NCBI GenBank assembly: GCA_012295275.1
Contig: CM022671.1
Coordinates: 11,656,001-11,720,000 of the forward strand
Source of the DNA: Chrysomallon squamiferum
Lineage: Eukaryota; Animalia; Mollusca
Direction: 5' to 3'
Length of the DNA stretch: 64,000 bases
A program made the position numbers and the translations under genes. The notes under the pieces are model-generated. The model ran no database searches. It saw nothing but the letters and a program-made list of their open reading frames with translations, and was not told the DNA's origin. Shown here piece by piece: positions 39,898 through 55,323 of the stretch. The first letter of the stretch is position 1; each line of letters starts with the position of its first letter.

Positions 39898-41829
39898 TCT
39901 TTTCTTTTTTTTCTTTTTTTGTAATCACGAATACTTTGTAAATGTAACAAAAAATGCTCCCAAGGAAAAATGAAGACAAAAAAGTAGAGATTTGACTAGA
40001 ATGTTACTGGAAGATTATAATTCCTTTCTGTTGTATTTCTTTCTTCCTACAACAGACCAACTTCAGCCGAAACCTTTGTGTGACTGTCAACAAAGAAAAT
40101 GAAATAATTTGATATGATTGATCTACTGACCTGGTGGCCATAACCCAAATATACTGACCCACTTCTCTTTTTTCTGTGTCAAAGACATCTCTTGTCTGGC
40201 TGTATTCGCAGCTTGCACCGCTTCTTGTTTTATTTTTATATCTAGATTATTCTTTTGTTCTTTTGTTCATTCTTTCTTTGTTCGCTCGTCCATCTTTCGT
40301 TCACTCTTACTGATACACTGATATGAGTTTTGATTTTTTCATTTTTTTTTTTTTTTTCATTTATTGTTATTTCAAGATAATAACGTTGATGTATATGTAT
40401 AACAATAAAAAAACAATACTATTAATCAGTCCATAAATAAATTACTAAATGAATTGATTAAAAGACAGTTATCTGATCTATATCCATCTATTTGATCTTT
40501 ATACAGTATAATGTTGATGATGATGATGATGATAATGATTTGACGATTATATTGATGATGTTAAAAGCTATGGTTGTCTGCCCAACTGTTTCTTTGTCTT
40601 TCTATCTTATCTAAACATTTGTATCTCTCTCTGCCACTCTATTTATTTGTCTGTCTGTCTCTGTGAAATTTATTTGTATGTTTTTAGTGATCCAAATCTG
40701 AAAAACTATAACAATAACAAACAAACAAACAAATAAAAACAAAAACTTGTGTAAAAGACAAAAATAACAACAAAAGACTTAAAAAGAAAACACTATAATA
40801 TTATATACCACGATGCACATACTTCAGTTCTTTCAAAAAAACAAAAAAAAACTAGCGTGTTTGGAAATGTGGCCTGTTTACAATAACATGTGGCAACTGT
40901 AAAATTCTGAATTATGAAACAGATGTAAAAACAGGTTTTTTTTAATGTGTTTGTATCTGCTGTCGGCTACACGTTCTGTTATAACAAACAGTAACATAAA
41001 TATTTATAAAACATAACCACACTCACGATATGAATATTTTTAAATTTTAATGCTGCATTATGTGAATAAAATAAAAATTAAATGTCATATTTTTATAATT
41101 AAACGCTCACCTGGGTTTTGGGGGTGGGGGGTTCCCTGTTAACCCGACTGCGGGTAATGTGTTATTAATAGAGCAATAAATCTTATTAGTCTTATAATTC
41201 ACATTACTTCAGGCGCAAAACAAAATTAATGAACTATATCATCGGGAAAGACTGAGATAGATAAATAAACAAATTCAACAATACGTAGATAGAGAGAAAG
41301 ACAGACAGACAATTAAACAAAAAAGATAGGTTAGATGGTTAGATGAATAGAGGACTGACAAATGGACTAATACATAAATTTAAGTCGGAGAAATATAATA
41401 ACTGTATTATTAGACAGGATAGGTACTTTTGTGTCTAAGTGTGTCTGTGTAAAATAAAACACACACACACAATTGTAGACAGACAGATAAATGGGCAGAC
41501 ACACAGAAACAACAGCTGCTAGGCCAATAGATACAATGTTAATTAACTTCACCTTCTTCTGTTCATCTTTATTTTTTATTTTTGTTTTAAAAATACATCA
41601 TATCTCAAAACAAACCTTTGTTCTCGGAAACGTCACAAAGACGAACTGTTCGCGTCTTGCATCTGTATAGTGAGAATTAGTGTAATGATTATGTTGTTTG
41701 GGGATTTTGCAGTTAAACTGGAAAAGGAAAAAAACATGCAGGTGAGAATATAAGAACAAAACTCTACTATGTGGGTGGTCAGTATGTTTGTATAATAATT
41801 TACAAATACACACCTTTTTACAGTTATTC

Positions 41830-41871
<42 letters not shown>

Positions 41872-42332
41872 ATGTTTTATTTATATTTAAAACTTCCTCT
41901 TTTAATGCATTTATACAGTTATTGGTCTGTTTTTAAATAATTGACACGTCAAAAATTAAGTGTGTAAATTGTATCGTTGTTATCGTGTTTCTTCTATTTT
42001 AGGAACACGTGCTCACACATAAACACATAGACACACAGTGTTAAAAGCTGGATTTCCTCCTTGAGAAAAACCTGCAGATAACTGGAGGTAAATGACCTTA
42101 CTCCGCCGAAGGTCTACCTCGAAAAGCTTTGTTTTGGTGGGTTGCCAATAACAACATGTGTTTATGGTTGTTTTGGACAAAGCTGGCCAGCCTTGACCTG
42201 TTGATCTGTTGGCCAGCGCCATTTTCAATTGTGTCGAGTTGTTTGATGAGTGTGCAGGTTTTCGCTCTGTGTACTGATGAGTTCGCTCGTTTCCTTTTCA
42301 TTGCTATACGTCTTTCACCTTTGGTCGGTGTT

Positions 42333-42655
42333 AAATAAATACACCGGTTTTCACCATTTGAAATAAATACCTCGTTTTGGCTGTTTTAAATAAATACATC
42401 GGTTTTGACCATTTGAAATAAATACCTTGGTTTTGGCTGTTTTAAATAAATATATTGGTTTTGGCTATTCTAAATACATCGGTTTTGGCTAGTTCAAAAA
42501 AATTCATCGATTTTGGCTTTTTTAAAATAAATACATCGGTTTGACCATTTGAAATAAACACGTCGGTTTTGGCTGTTTTAAATAAATATTTCGGTTTTGG
42601 TTGTTTTAAATAAATACATCGATTTTGGGTCGTTTAAATAGATACGTCGGTTTTT
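42333..42655. repeat. Degenerate ~28-bp tandem repeat (aaataaatacatcggttttggctgtttt), ~11 copies
   Basis: Recurring aaataaatac..cggttttg motif with ggctgtttt and accatttg variants. Confidence 0.85.
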
Positions 42656-42876
42656 TTTACCCTTTATCTTCAGAATTATAACCGTAAGACAATAAAAGAA
42701 ATAACGGACATGTCTGGAGTGGTAAAAGGAAGTATTAATAGCGCTGATGTTTGCATTTTAGAGTTTCTAGACAAAGAATAAACATTTTATCACACGCATA
42801 CACACACACGTATCTTCTACTTTATAAATGTTCTTTCTGATTGTGATGGTGCAAGTACACACACATGTATACATAT

Positions 42877-42921
<45 letters not shown>

Positions 42922-43110
42922 ATACATACACACACACATACATACATACATCGATACTTATGTTTATATAAGAAACAAATGTTCATTCATTCATCGCTAC
43001 TAACATTATTAATAGATTTTTATTTATTTATTTTTTATTTTTTGGCAGATATAGCATGTAAAAGAATTGTTTAAGCTAACTGAAGAAAACTGTGAATAAC
43101 ACCTGATTAT

Positions 43111-43112
<2 letters not shown>

Positions 43113-43182
<70 letters not shown>
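43113..43182. repeat. (CT)n microsatellite
   Basis: Perfect ct run. Confidence 0.96.
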
Positions 43183-43186
<4 letters not shown>

Positions 43187-43537
43187 ATCCACTTTTTCAC
43201 TAAATCACTGTCTTATTTTGGCTGCAGTATACAACAACAACAACCTTAACCCAAATGTAGGACAAGAAAACGCCAGGAATAGTAGCTACTCTGATAGCTT
43301 TACACGTGGCTGTTTTTTGTGAAGAGTACAGTGGTCTCATACCACAGTTTTCTTTCAACTGGGACTGGAAAAACGGCATGTATCATAATTAACAAACTAT
43401 TTTCTTTTTTATCTCTTATATAACATTAATTCATCATTATCCTGTTCAGCATGAAAATACTAGCAATGTTAAAGACCACACGAGTCTCTCTCCAGTTCTC
43501 ACAAGTAAATCAGAAAACACTGTAGTGAAGAGAGAGA

Positions 43538-43680
43538 GACAGGAATGTACCTCAGTGGCTAGAGCGCAGACACGATAAACTAATGGTATCAGGATTAATT
43601 GTAACACAACTTTGCGTTGGTATGTACTTTCTGTCATAGAGAATGTTTTTGTAAAAGAACCCTTGCTGCTAATCGGTATG
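43538..43680 (+). mobile_element. Decayed tRNA-derived SINE (head plus core)
   Basis: A-box-like head gtacctcagtggctagagcgc and core tggtatgtactttctgtc...taaaagaacccttgctgctaatcg; family identity from memory. Confidence 0.55.
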
Positions 43681-46444
43681 ATAGTCATAAAGCAGTTTCT
43701 TTTTTACAGTCATTATGTTTAAAACAAACAAATATTATAAAATCATATCCCGTTAGTATGAAAATAAGTTGTGGTGCTATAAAATCTTCTTTTCTTTTTT
43801 TTTTTGTTATTTCTTTGTATCTGAATAAAATCGATGTGGTATTTATAAAATGTCGATATTTTCTAATTGGAAAATAAAAGATTTTCTTCCAGTGCCCGGT
43901 AATCACCTTCTGCGTTTATAATTACACTCAACATTTAGTCAATAAACTTCACGTTCTTACAGATACCTGTGAATGCTTTAGACGTTTTACTGTTACGTAC
44001 GTGTGTGGGTGGGTGTTTTTGTATACTTGTGTTTCTCTTTATTTCATTTCACGTTTTAATAATTTGTTATTTTTGTTATTTATTTGTTTATTATTTATTT
44101 ATTATTTATTTATTATATTTATTTATTATTATTTTTATTATTTTTATTTTTATTTATTTATTTTATTTTTTATTTTTGCCTCTCTGTCTCTCTGCTTATT
44201 TGTTTATCATTCAGTATTTCCGTCCGTAGTCTTTAGACTTACAAACAGAAATATGTAATTATGTTTATCACGTGACCTTGCCGTTACACATACCAGTTTA
44301 CAAGTTTTGCTTACACAGACTGCATTCACTGTTATATCTGGCAAATCTTTCTTCTTTTATCATGCTTTGAAAAAGTCTTTAATCTGTCCAGAACAGGTCT
44401 CTACAATACGTCAAAATACAGCAGGTCTCTACAACAAGTCAACATACAGCCTATAACGTTTTGGATCTCGCAGTGGTTGAGACCAGACATGGCAACAAGT
44501 ATCAGATATCTAGAGAACACGTTTTACCAGCACTGGCTGGCTCCCAGGACCTGACATTCCACGAGAGACAGGTCCATTAGATTCCGTTTTGTGTTTTATT
44601 AGTATTTTTTTTAATCTGGCATTGTTTCCTAATGCAAAAGCAGGCCGAGACTTACTGAAGTTCTTGGTCACCTTAAAAGTACTTTGAAAATAGTTTCTCA
44701 AACTAACAACTCAGTTTAAAGCAAACAAAAGTAATAAAATAACACTGTACAGAATCACCTTTATTATCTAACCTTTTAATCAATTGAGACGAGGTTTGAC
44801 TCTTTTTCCAATTATTCTACCTCCTGTTTGTTCCCAGTGGGCCGTTGCAAAGAAAAGTACATTTAAGAAACATTTTGCTGTCAGTTAATGAAAATAGTTT
44901 ACTACTGTTTTTAGCAACGCGTTTCGTCCTTGTTATTTGTATTAATTTAAAACATACTGAGTGAGTTCTAACAACCAATGTTACGTACTCTGTACCTCAA
45001 GGTCAGCATTCACACACTGCTCGTGGTTTCGCAATGTCGTACAGGTCCTTGTAACAGAAACCTTCACCAGCTCAGTTGTTGTGCTTTTACTTCCAGTCGA
45101 GCGTATCTCTTACTGCTTTTATTCACTGGCTTCCGATTTACGTAACGAAAATAGAAATAAAATTGATTCCGCAGTCTCTGATATGCTGGACTGCAAAATA
45201 TTGTTTCGTTTGTTTATCACTTGCTAGTTTTCTGATTGGCCTTCGTAAATCACATTAGTTTCGGACGACGATTAAATGGTATTAGATGTCAACGATGATA
45301 GAGTATGACATACTCAGAGGCAGGGCAGAAAAACAAGTGGATACTAGTTGATAAATGTTTGTTTATTCTTAATATTAATCTGTATTAACAGATAACAGTT
45401 GTCATATACAGGTAAACAATTATTATGTTAATGACATGAGGGAAGAACCAGCTTCTTTGACTTTATTATCTACATTTACAAATAAGCGGCTTAAGCATTT
45501 TTAATATGCGCCATAGAACAAACACGACAATAACTATTTCGATGGATCTTTGACAAAACCGCTCAAGAAAATCGTAACATCAAATAATATATATAATTAA
45601 TGTCTTATTTATTACATAATGTAGCGAGATTCAGCCGCAGACCTGCGGACACAGGAATGATTGAGAGATGCAAGTACGAGAATAAATGAAGAAGAAAAAG
45701 TTGATCACATTTAGATCTCGTGTCACGTACTGTTCGGTAGTTAAACAGAGCAAGAAATATAAAATTTCTGGGTCATTAAGCATTTAGTTACTTACTGCCT
45801 GCTTGAAACATGTTGAGTGCATGACCTTCCTTAACTGTTATCAAAATAACAAAAAAAAAAAAAAAAAATGAGTACAACACAGACATTATGTTAGTTACAA
45901 AAATGTATTAACATTTCACTGTTTTCTTTTGAAAGTTCGCGGTAATTAATTCATTTGAATTTAACGCAGATCTTTAGTTTATAAAAGGGAACTACTAAAT
46001 GTAAATTTTTGACGTTTAAAATTCTTTCTAGCAAAAAGTTAGTGCTAAAAATGTTATGAAAACCCTAAACGTTCCAGTATTTTCGTGAACTCCCAGACTG
46101 AAACAGTAATTAAACTAACTGAAAATTTCACTTGTCTCACAGATTTACAGTCATATTTAAAATGAATAATTTTGTTATTTTTCTCCATAAATTGTCGCTG
46201 AACAAACAAAAAGTTAATTTTGATAAATGATCTGGATAATTTTAAGCTGAGTGCCTTAGTTTTCAAATAAACAAAAATTATAACATTCAGACTGAGCTGA
46301 CCTTGAATTTTAGTAATTCGATTCGTTCTTCTTTGTGGATCAAAACTGACCAAGTGGAAAACAGAATTAACACACAGCAGGTAAACAACAGTAACTATTC
46401 CTAAAACAGTATTAGAATAAATTAGAATGTTATTTATTAGTAAA

Positions 46445-46995
46445 CTGGTAGTCCTCTGAAACTATGGCATCACTAATTTGCTAGGGCGGTTTGAAGGGAC
46501 GGGGGGTAGAAAAACATATATTTTACAAAATACACATAGTGATTATTAATCAGTGGAGCAAGAAACCATGAATAATCAAATTCTTGCAGGAGTGACATAA
46601 TTCTGACAAGGGTTCTCCCAGGAATGTATTAGCGATGTTATCTATTTTAGAAAACCCAATAAAATACAAAACTTATTATCTAAGTCAGCCATTTTTGAAA
46701 TTTTACTCTTCAAATAAATGTATTGATAATGGCACGAGTATACAGAAGGTTTCATGGTATTTTTTTATTAGGGTATCATCTTAGGAATGGTATCACTAAG
46801 AAGCTGCAATGAACTGAAGGGAGGAGGTCAAATACACGAATTTTTCATTTTAGACAAAAAAGTAATTAGTTCATAAAATAAGGAAGTATAAATATCCCAT
46901 GGAGTCTTGCATGAGAGTGATTAAACTAATTTTAGCAGTTTGACAGTATTGACATTTTCAGAAAAATTATGAAAAGAGGCCATTTTGAAATGGAT
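46445..46995. repeat. Probable interspersed-repeat relic with an internal ~320-bp diverged duplication
   Basis: atggcatcactaa..tgaagggacggggg (46463-46507) parallels atggtatcactaa..tgaagggaggagg (46787-46828); both halves end in gccattttgaaat-like motifs. Confidence 0.45.
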
Positions 46996-49356
46996 TCTAA
47001 TAGTGACAGACTTTTTGGTGTAAATCAGTTCAGTGCCTGTTATTGTGCAATCCAGAAGTTTAAGTTGTTTTTAACATTAATTTGCTGCTGCTCTTTCTAT
47101 TTACTGATTTTTAAAAATTATTTTTATTATTTTTTATTATTTTTTAATTATTATTATTTTTTTTTTTTACTTATTTTGCATTGTTTTGTTTTGTTAGGTT
47201 TCTTATTATTGCTTTTTTTGTTGTTGTTTGGGTTTTTATTGTATTTTTTGTTGTTGTTGTGGGTTTTTTATTGTATTTTTTGTTGTAGTTGGTCTTTTGG
47301 GATTGTTGTTATTTGTTTTTGTTTTTATTTATTTTATTTATATTCTATTTCAAGTATCAAAGTGTCAGAGTGTACAAAATAACAGGAAACTCATTCAGGC
47401 GACAACAACATGATATTTAAACTAGTTTTAAAGAGTGAACATTACTTTTGTTTCCGTCTAATTGAAATTACTGTTGTCATTGATTTAGGAAGTAGTTTTA
47501 CATAATAAATCGAAAAGCTATAAATGGTATTTAATATAAATGTAATTAATGAATAAATCAGTAAATCTTTAACTGTAGCCAGCTTTTACATATATGTATA
47601 TATATACTGAATAATGGAATAAATTTTTAAAAATTCGGCTATGAAATAATATGATAATAGTTATTAATATTAGTTTCAACAGTAACAAACAACAATAAAA
47701 ACAATAATAACAACAACAACAACAGTAATAAATAATAACCTAACAAAACAAACAAACAAACAGACGTAACTTTCGAATTAAACTCATCATCTTTTAGAGT
47801 CATTTTCAGAATCTTTGCATGGAGAAGTTTATAACTGCCGCAACAAAGGTTAAAAGGTAAACACGTTTAAATAAGAGATTAACACCAGAAAGTTTTATGT
47901 TATTTTAAACTTAACCTGTCAGGTGGCACATTATACACACGTGAACAACGAAATAATTATCATAATAATTGTTTAGTAGCATCAAAAGTACAATAATAAA
48001 CGAATTGAAAAAAAAAATAAAAAAATTAGAAAACATTTCCATTTTTACGAGTGATTGCTGGATTGTAGAATAACTTTAAGATTTGAAACGTGGAGACAGA
48101 CAGATTATTGTTATTTAATTGTGTTGTCTTGTGTTTTGTTGTTCTTTTATTTTTTATCTTTTTGTAGTTTTTTTTTTTTTTTTTTTTTTTTTTGTTGATG
48201 TTGTTATTAACTTTTGTTTGTTCAGTCATTTTGTATTGATTGTTATTTGAACTTTGATAGTTTGCTTTCATTTTATCAACCTGTGTTATTTTTCTGTTTG
48301 TTGTCAGTTCGTGTTGCTGTTTGGCAAGGATTAAAACTCGTGAGTATTAATGTGTTTGTATTTTAATAGAAACAAAAGTATTGATGTGGTGTGCTGCTGA
48401 GCACAGTGCCGAGGGACATGACCTTCCTGATTTAAGATAAGAATGAAGAACGATGTGGAAATTTGCCAACTAGAACTGGCCTTAAATTAACTCAATACAT
48501 GCTGTTATTGTTGTTAAAGACGAAGGGTCTTAGTTTATTATTAATGATATTGTTGTTGTTGTCGATGCAAACGTGTTTTTGTTTTCGTGTTTCAGCAGTC
48601 TTGACATGCTTTTATGGTAAAAGTTATAACTAGACGTATTTATTTGAAAGTCTTCATTTATCATATTTTAGGTAAAATTTCTCTGTTTTTGTTGCCTTAT
48701 TAGCAGTTAGATTATTAGACCCTTTCTCATTTTTCCTAATCACATTCATTCATTATCTTGTTCTGTTTCTCTCTATATCTCGCTCAGTGGGTGGTTCATT
48801 GAAGGCGATGTGGTGAATGAAAATAAACATTAAAGATTTCATTTTCAAAAAATCGATAGCTAAGCACGGAACTAAACAGCAGAGTTTCTCTTTTTAATTA
48901 TTATTAGATATTATTAAAACAAAAAAAAGAGTAAAAAACGCGTGACTGAAATCTTATAATCAGGTATAGTGATTAATTCTTTCTCTCTCTCTCTCTCTCT
49001 GTCCCTTTCTCCTTACATCTCTGTTTCTCGCTCTGTCTCTATCTATCTCATTCATTCGCTCATATTGTATTAGCTCTTTCACTTTGTCCCAGTCAGAAAG
49101 GGATCAGATATTCCTTTATCGCTGACTCTCATTCTTTATGTCTAACATGCAAGTAACAGATAACAAATTACATGCTCATGACCCTACACTTTTTAATTCA
49201 TGTTTAAAATTGAGAAGAAAAAAACCCAACATATGTTGTATAATTTACGTGTCAGAAAGAAGAAAAATTAGGTTTTAAACATTTTTATCGTTATTTTCTG
49301 CATTTTAAACTCTATGGTTGTTATTTTCTTTATACAATTCTTTTCATTCTCTATAG

Positions 49357-49409
49357 CAAGACCTGAACAATACCCACATAGGACAATGTCCTCAGCCAAG
49401 TTTCTTCAG
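49357..49409 (+). CDS. Candidate internal micro-exon (QDLNNTHIGQCPQPSFF-R), possibly upstream of 59236
   Basis: Long polypyrimidine acceptor (ttcttttcattctctatag) and CAG|gtgcgt donor; the phase 0-2 reading is open and compatible with 59236. Only 53 nt, so it could be chance. Confidence 0.3.
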
Positions 49410-52400
49410 GTGCGTCTTCGTTTTGTTTTACCTTTACTACTGTAACTCTCCAAACCTGCCCGAGGAGGTGGGCGAAGTGGGTCAGATGGGGTTAAAGACC
49501 ACACTGAGAAAACTGTGGTCAAGAACCTGCTGTGAGGCGATCAGGTAATTAGTCTGGTCCTTTCTTCAGCTCTGCAATATTAACAGACTCACCTTATTGA
49601 CTGACGGACGTCACTTAGTTCGGTAGAGGGTCAGTATTTGGTTCAAGCACAGTCGTGCATGTACCTGGACGGATCAAAGATTTTAACTAAGGTGGGGTCT
49701 TTGTAATAAACAAGTATCGTGGTGGTTATAAATGTCAAGATGAAATACATTTCATTATAAACAAGAAAAGAAATGATTCTTCAAAAGTGAGGAGATCCTT
49801 AGATGTATGTGGTGTGTATGTGTCTTGTCCAAGTGATTATTATGTTGAGTGTGTCCATTGATATTTGTATGTGTACTGATATAGGGTTGTTTAGGTCTAG
49901 TTAGCTATACAAATGAGAGTGGTCAAGCCATTAAATATGGAGGTTGATTATTATATAAGGTCGATAATACAGATACACGCAGATATTATTAATCCCATAA
50001 ATTATACATATATTAAAATCCATCAACATAATAATTTATTTTGTGTCTTGAGATATATAAAGTGGTAGGAAAATACGTTATTATTTATATTAATATATTA
50101 GTAATTTGTACTGAGACAAAACAGATTTTATATATTACGATTCTTTCTGTTTCAAGAAATCTAATAAATACGTAACTCTTTGACCTTCGTGTTTTCACAT
50201 TCACTTAACACGTACGCTTTTAACCTGCAGTTTTGTCATCACCTACATGTCACATGATATGTCTTCATCTTGTAAGCTTTGATTCAGTTTGATATACAGA
50301 ATCCTCTGTGAGATGAAACACCTGGTGTCATGTAACATACTTGTTTTCATTGTGTCACCAGATACTTCTTTGTTATAGGCGTGGACCATCTGATTATTTC
50401 TCTTTTGCTGACGATGTACGAAATGGAAACTGCAATATGGAAATCGTAGACGCTATCCCTACAGCAGTATTTTATTATTGAGAGTGAAATACATGTAGTT
50501 ATGTTTTGAAGTTTACCCGAAAATTCGAATTAATAAACAAAAGTAAATTAATGAATATCAACAATAAACATTTTTATTTGGCAGTTTGCTTCCTCAAACT
50601 CTGTTTATTTTTATCTTTCTCTTCCTTTCGTTAATTATTTCTCGGTCCATCTATCTTTCTATACGTCTGTTTGTCAGTCTGTTCATTTATCTATCTCCTT
50701 CACATTAATCCTTTTTTTAACCTAACTGGTCTGTGTCTCTTTTTCTGTCATTAACGATTTTGTTTTTGTTTGTTTTTTTAATTTTTATCTCATTCTCTTT
50801 TCTTCTTTGTTTATCTTTTTCTCTCTCGTGTTTCAGTTTCTATCTACCCTCGGGATTTAAAGATTTTTTGTAAAGTTATCAGAAACCAAGAGAGAACTAC
50901 AACACATCTTTCAGACCAGACTCATTAGTTTTGTAATCACGAATCTGAACGCTGTTTTAATCTCAGTAAGTGACTGCTGCAAGGTGCAGACGGAAATATA
51001 AATCTGGAATATTGTCCTTTTTCTAAATGCCGCCCTATGTCCGGAACATGAATATAATTATGAGAGGAGCAGTCCAACACGTTTGCCAAGTGAACCAAAC
51101 AGAAGATGTGTTAATAAATCACACAAAACAAGACGATAATGTTTCTATCAAGATTGTGATATTCAGCAGACTATATCACTTTTTAAATCGGAGTACCATT
51201 AACCTTTTGACGGAAACGCCCGATAAAAGACGATTTAATACTCGATAAAATTCATAGACTAAAAAGACTGCCTTTATTGATATTAATTTTTAATGATTAA
51301 ATTTTTGTTTTCATGCTTGTTACTATTTTTGATGAAGTTGTGTTTTGAGGTCTTGTTTTTGCAATGGATGAATTGTCCCATTTCTATTATTAATTAATAC
51401 TTACGCCTTTTGTAAACTACTGTACTGTCGCTGTCGTTTTTTTCTTTACGTATGCAGTTTTCGTTGTCTTTATTTTCTTAAATTAAACGTTCTAAAGGAC
51501 TAATGGTGAGATAATTTACTGCACCAATTAGGCAAAGAAATTCTGGAACACCATAAGTAAAACGTAATAAGAAATAAAGAAAAAACAAAAAACATCTCTG
51601 CAAGATATAATATGAGTAAACGCTTATAGCTACAATAATCTGAACAACTGTATTTTAGCCCGAGTCAAAATGTAACTATTATTTTGCCATGTATTCACGT
51701 GAAGGCTGTGTTTGAAAGGTGAAAGGTAAATCAATGGCTGATTTGTACCAAACTTATCTCATAATTAACAATCGCTTAAAATATCATCTGTGGTCTGAAA
51801 CCATCTTTGTGTGGAGAGTCGGCTGCCTCTCTCAGTTTCCAGTCCAAATAAAACAAATGTTGCCAGGTGTTTATCACGAGAGTACGGCATGTAATCAGTT
51901 ATGAACTGGAACTTAACGTAACAGATACGAAACTGCAAAAGTACTTTTATTTTCAATCCATACTTCTTCTTAGTCAGAAGCAAGCTACAGACTATGGACT
52001 GACACTGAGCTGGCTAAACTCTAGTATTTACTGCTTACTACGAGTACGACAATAAAATAAAAGTTTTTCTTATAACGTCGCTCAGGTAAGACAGTATGCA
52101 GAACGTTTCTATCCGAAATCTCCTCACCTTAATCCCAGCATCACTTTTTTATGACTTGTCAGTGTGGTTTTATCACATTTAACGATGCTTCAGATAACAA
52201 ATTTTAAAGCTTGCATCAAAACAAACACGACGATCTAAACACAAGTTTCTGCGAGAAAACCACGTGCCAAAAAGTTTGCTTTGATCGTTTTTTAAGAGAT
52301 ATTTTCATGACTGTCGATTACTTTTACAAACGTAATAATCTGTGATGCAGCGCAGTGGCTAGTTCGCTTTAAAAGAAAGTATGTTTTAATTTAACATTCA

Positions 52401-52699
52401 TCTGCACAAAACAGAGACGCATGCTAACTGAAGTAGTGGAAAGCAGAAATGGTATATGACGTAATCAATAGTTAATGGAGATAGTGAATCGAGAACCTAG
52501 GACACACCAGTGTTAGTATTCTTATACTGTTGACAGTTTTGTGAGACAAACCAGTGGACCAGCACACGTCGGGTGTATAGTTTTGTCAAGCACAGTACAC
52601 TTCAGTAACTAAAGGACTATTCCATGGCCTATCAAGGGGAACATGAATGGGAAGTGTACATACAAATTACATCTTGCTACTGATCTTCATCTGAAAACA

Positions 52700-52782
52700 A
52701 GGCTGTAATTATATTCGGCTGATTAAGTGTTTAACATTCAATCATTAATCAGTATGCTCTAGGGTTGTCGTTAAGAAAAACG
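52700..52782 (+). mobile_element. Probable SINE 3' tail relic
   Basis: attaatcagtatgctctagggttgtcgttaagaaaaac resembles a recalled gastropod SINE tail (aatcaatgtgctctagtggtgtcgttaaacaaaac). Confidence 0.4.
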
Positions 52783-55323
52783 ATAAACATGACAACCGAT
52801 TTACATGGTACAGTGTTCCTTTCTTTCTTTCTTTCTTTTCTTCTTCTTCTTGCTATATATATTGTTTTTCATTATTATTTATTTATTTTATTTTTTTGTC
52901 ATCTTTCATTTTATATTAACTTTTAGTTTATCTTATTAAATTATTAAAACGATTATGTTTATTTCTTACTGTTACATTTTGCTTTTTTTCCCTTCTTTTT
53001 ATCTTTTTATCCTTCTGTTTTAGTCAGTATTATTTTATTAGTCCGAGATGTTCTTTTTCAAAGGTAACCCTAGGTTAACGACTACAACAAAAAAATATTT
53101 CATAAATAATTAAACATTAGAACTAATACTAAATTCTGTTTAGATAAAATTTAGTTCCTCTGCATTTTTTACTTTTATTTATTTATTTATTTATTTACAA
53201 TAATTTTATTATTACAACTTTTTTTTATTTTACTTCTGTTTTATTTGTGTTCTGTTTGACATGGTTTTAGTTTGGATTAGAGATGGGATCTTTTATTTTT
53301 GAATTATTCTTATTCTTATTTTTTCATTTGACCAGAAGAATGAAATCAGCGATCTGCAGCATTCCAGACATAATTATCAGAATCCTCATTTTCATATGGA
53401 TGGCGTTGGCAAAACCGTCGTTTCAAATCGATTGTCGTTGCGTTCATAGTCCAGTTACTTGTCAGTGTTGAACTAATACAATATTAAAGCCTGTCCCTTA
53501 ATTAACTATAAATCTGAAGAAGAATGCTTCTGACTATTCACGTCACAACGCTCCTTTCAAAACATAGACACGGTGTCGGTACAAAATTAGCACGTCGACA
53601 GTGAGTTCATTTATAAACATTGTCAGTGACGTGCGGTGACGTCAGTTATATTTTTAACTCTCACCGTCTGTATTAGAATGGTTGTAGATAGGCAGATAAC
53701 GAGACTGAAATAAAAGGGAATTAAACATAATGTGTTTCAGTCCGAAGGACGGTTTTGAATAACGTGAATTAATAATGGATCTTGTACAGATTCGAGTGAA
53801 TTATGCTAACTTAACATTTGCTGATTTAACAGTCATTTGTATCAAAAACTACTTACAGGCTAATTTGTTCATGTGTAGTTAATTACGTGCAAACATAACA
53901 CACACAAACACACACAAACATACAGATACACACGTCTATCTATCTGCCTATCTACATACATACATACATACATACATACATACATACATGCAAATATGAA
54001 CATTACTCATACACACAAACAAAGCAGAAATACTCTCAGACACCAAGTTAACAGTTTGTTCAGTTACTCTGAAAGCTGATAGGTACTGAAATCATGTCGT
54101 ACATTTGGAATCTGCATGTTACTGCTATTTAAATACAGTTTATAAATAGGTTAATTTCATCATCATTCTTTCTTCTTTTATGTTATTTCATTTTATTTTA
54201 TTTATTTATTTATTTCTGAAGGATGCTGTATTTAAACCCAGAAAAGATAAGATTATTAAATTTTATTAAAGAAAAAAAAAGTTGTTAAGGTTATTTAGAT
54301 AATATTGATGTGCAGAAACAGCAATACGTTCGGGTTATTAACGTTAAAAGTTTTATGTTCTTAACCAGTTGCCAAGTTTTCATCTGAAGAAACACGCTGT
54401 AAGAACAACCTACATTTAGATTAATATTAAGAAACAAAAATAATATATATATATATAAAAGATGAAAAAATTTATTATAGCTATTTTGAAAGCATTATAA
54501 AACGTAATTTAACAGTTTTTAGGTGTCATATACATTTTATAAATAATAATTAGAAAAGAAACCTCTATCAGATGATAGTTATAATTAATTAGATACAGAG
54601 GCACGCACGCACACACACACCCAGAAACATACTGCAGACACGCGCACATACACATGAACATACACAAACTATATTTGATGAACAGAAAATGTATGAACAG
54701 TCAAACAAAGGCTAAAACAGTTTTACCACGAAACTAGAAACTTTATTTTAATGTGTTATGATAATGAGATCAAAGATCAGTACTTCTGATAACAAGAACT
54801 AGTTGTAAGTCTCACATTTCTCCTACTTTTCGTGCATTGGTCTTTTTACTACTGACAAGTAATGGGCGGCTGTGACCTCATTCAAACTGAGGTCCGTGAC
54901 ACGTAAGCAGTCCCGTGTGTAAATCAGAAATTTTAATACTACAGCGTTTACACTTTCCCTTTAAAAATACTTGTAACACACACACACACACTTATTCATA
55001 CACACATGCACATGCATACCAGGATGAAGTTACGATTATTATTATTATTATTATTATTGTAGTAGTTGTTGTTGTTGTGTTATTGTGCTATCAACGTCGA
55101 TCTTGTTATCTTCATAAAATACAGCACTCTGACTACTACTAATACCAACATCACAACTGCTGCAACTACAGTTATTTCAACTGTTATTACTACGACAACT
55201 GCAACTACAATTATTTCAACTGTTATTACTACGACAACTACCACTACAGCTGCTTCTGCCACTGTGCTGATGTTATGATTATTAGCCTTATTATTATTAG
55301 CAGTAAATTTGTGGTGTCCCCCC

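Noticed and set aside
42003-42338. Strong acceptor at 42002 and overlapping short ORFs in a GC-richer patch
   Set aside because: All three frames after the acceptor hit stops; it may be a UTR exon but cannot be supported.
44425-45227. Open stretches at 44425-44580 and 44961-45227 as further exons of the downstream gene
   Set aside because: No convincing in-phase donor/acceptor pair and no recognisable homology.
53340-53471. MKSAICSIPDIIIRILIFIWMALAKPSFQIDCRC.. as a signal-peptide exon
   Set aside because: Only weak donors, in phases incompatible with 59236, and a stop follows shortly.
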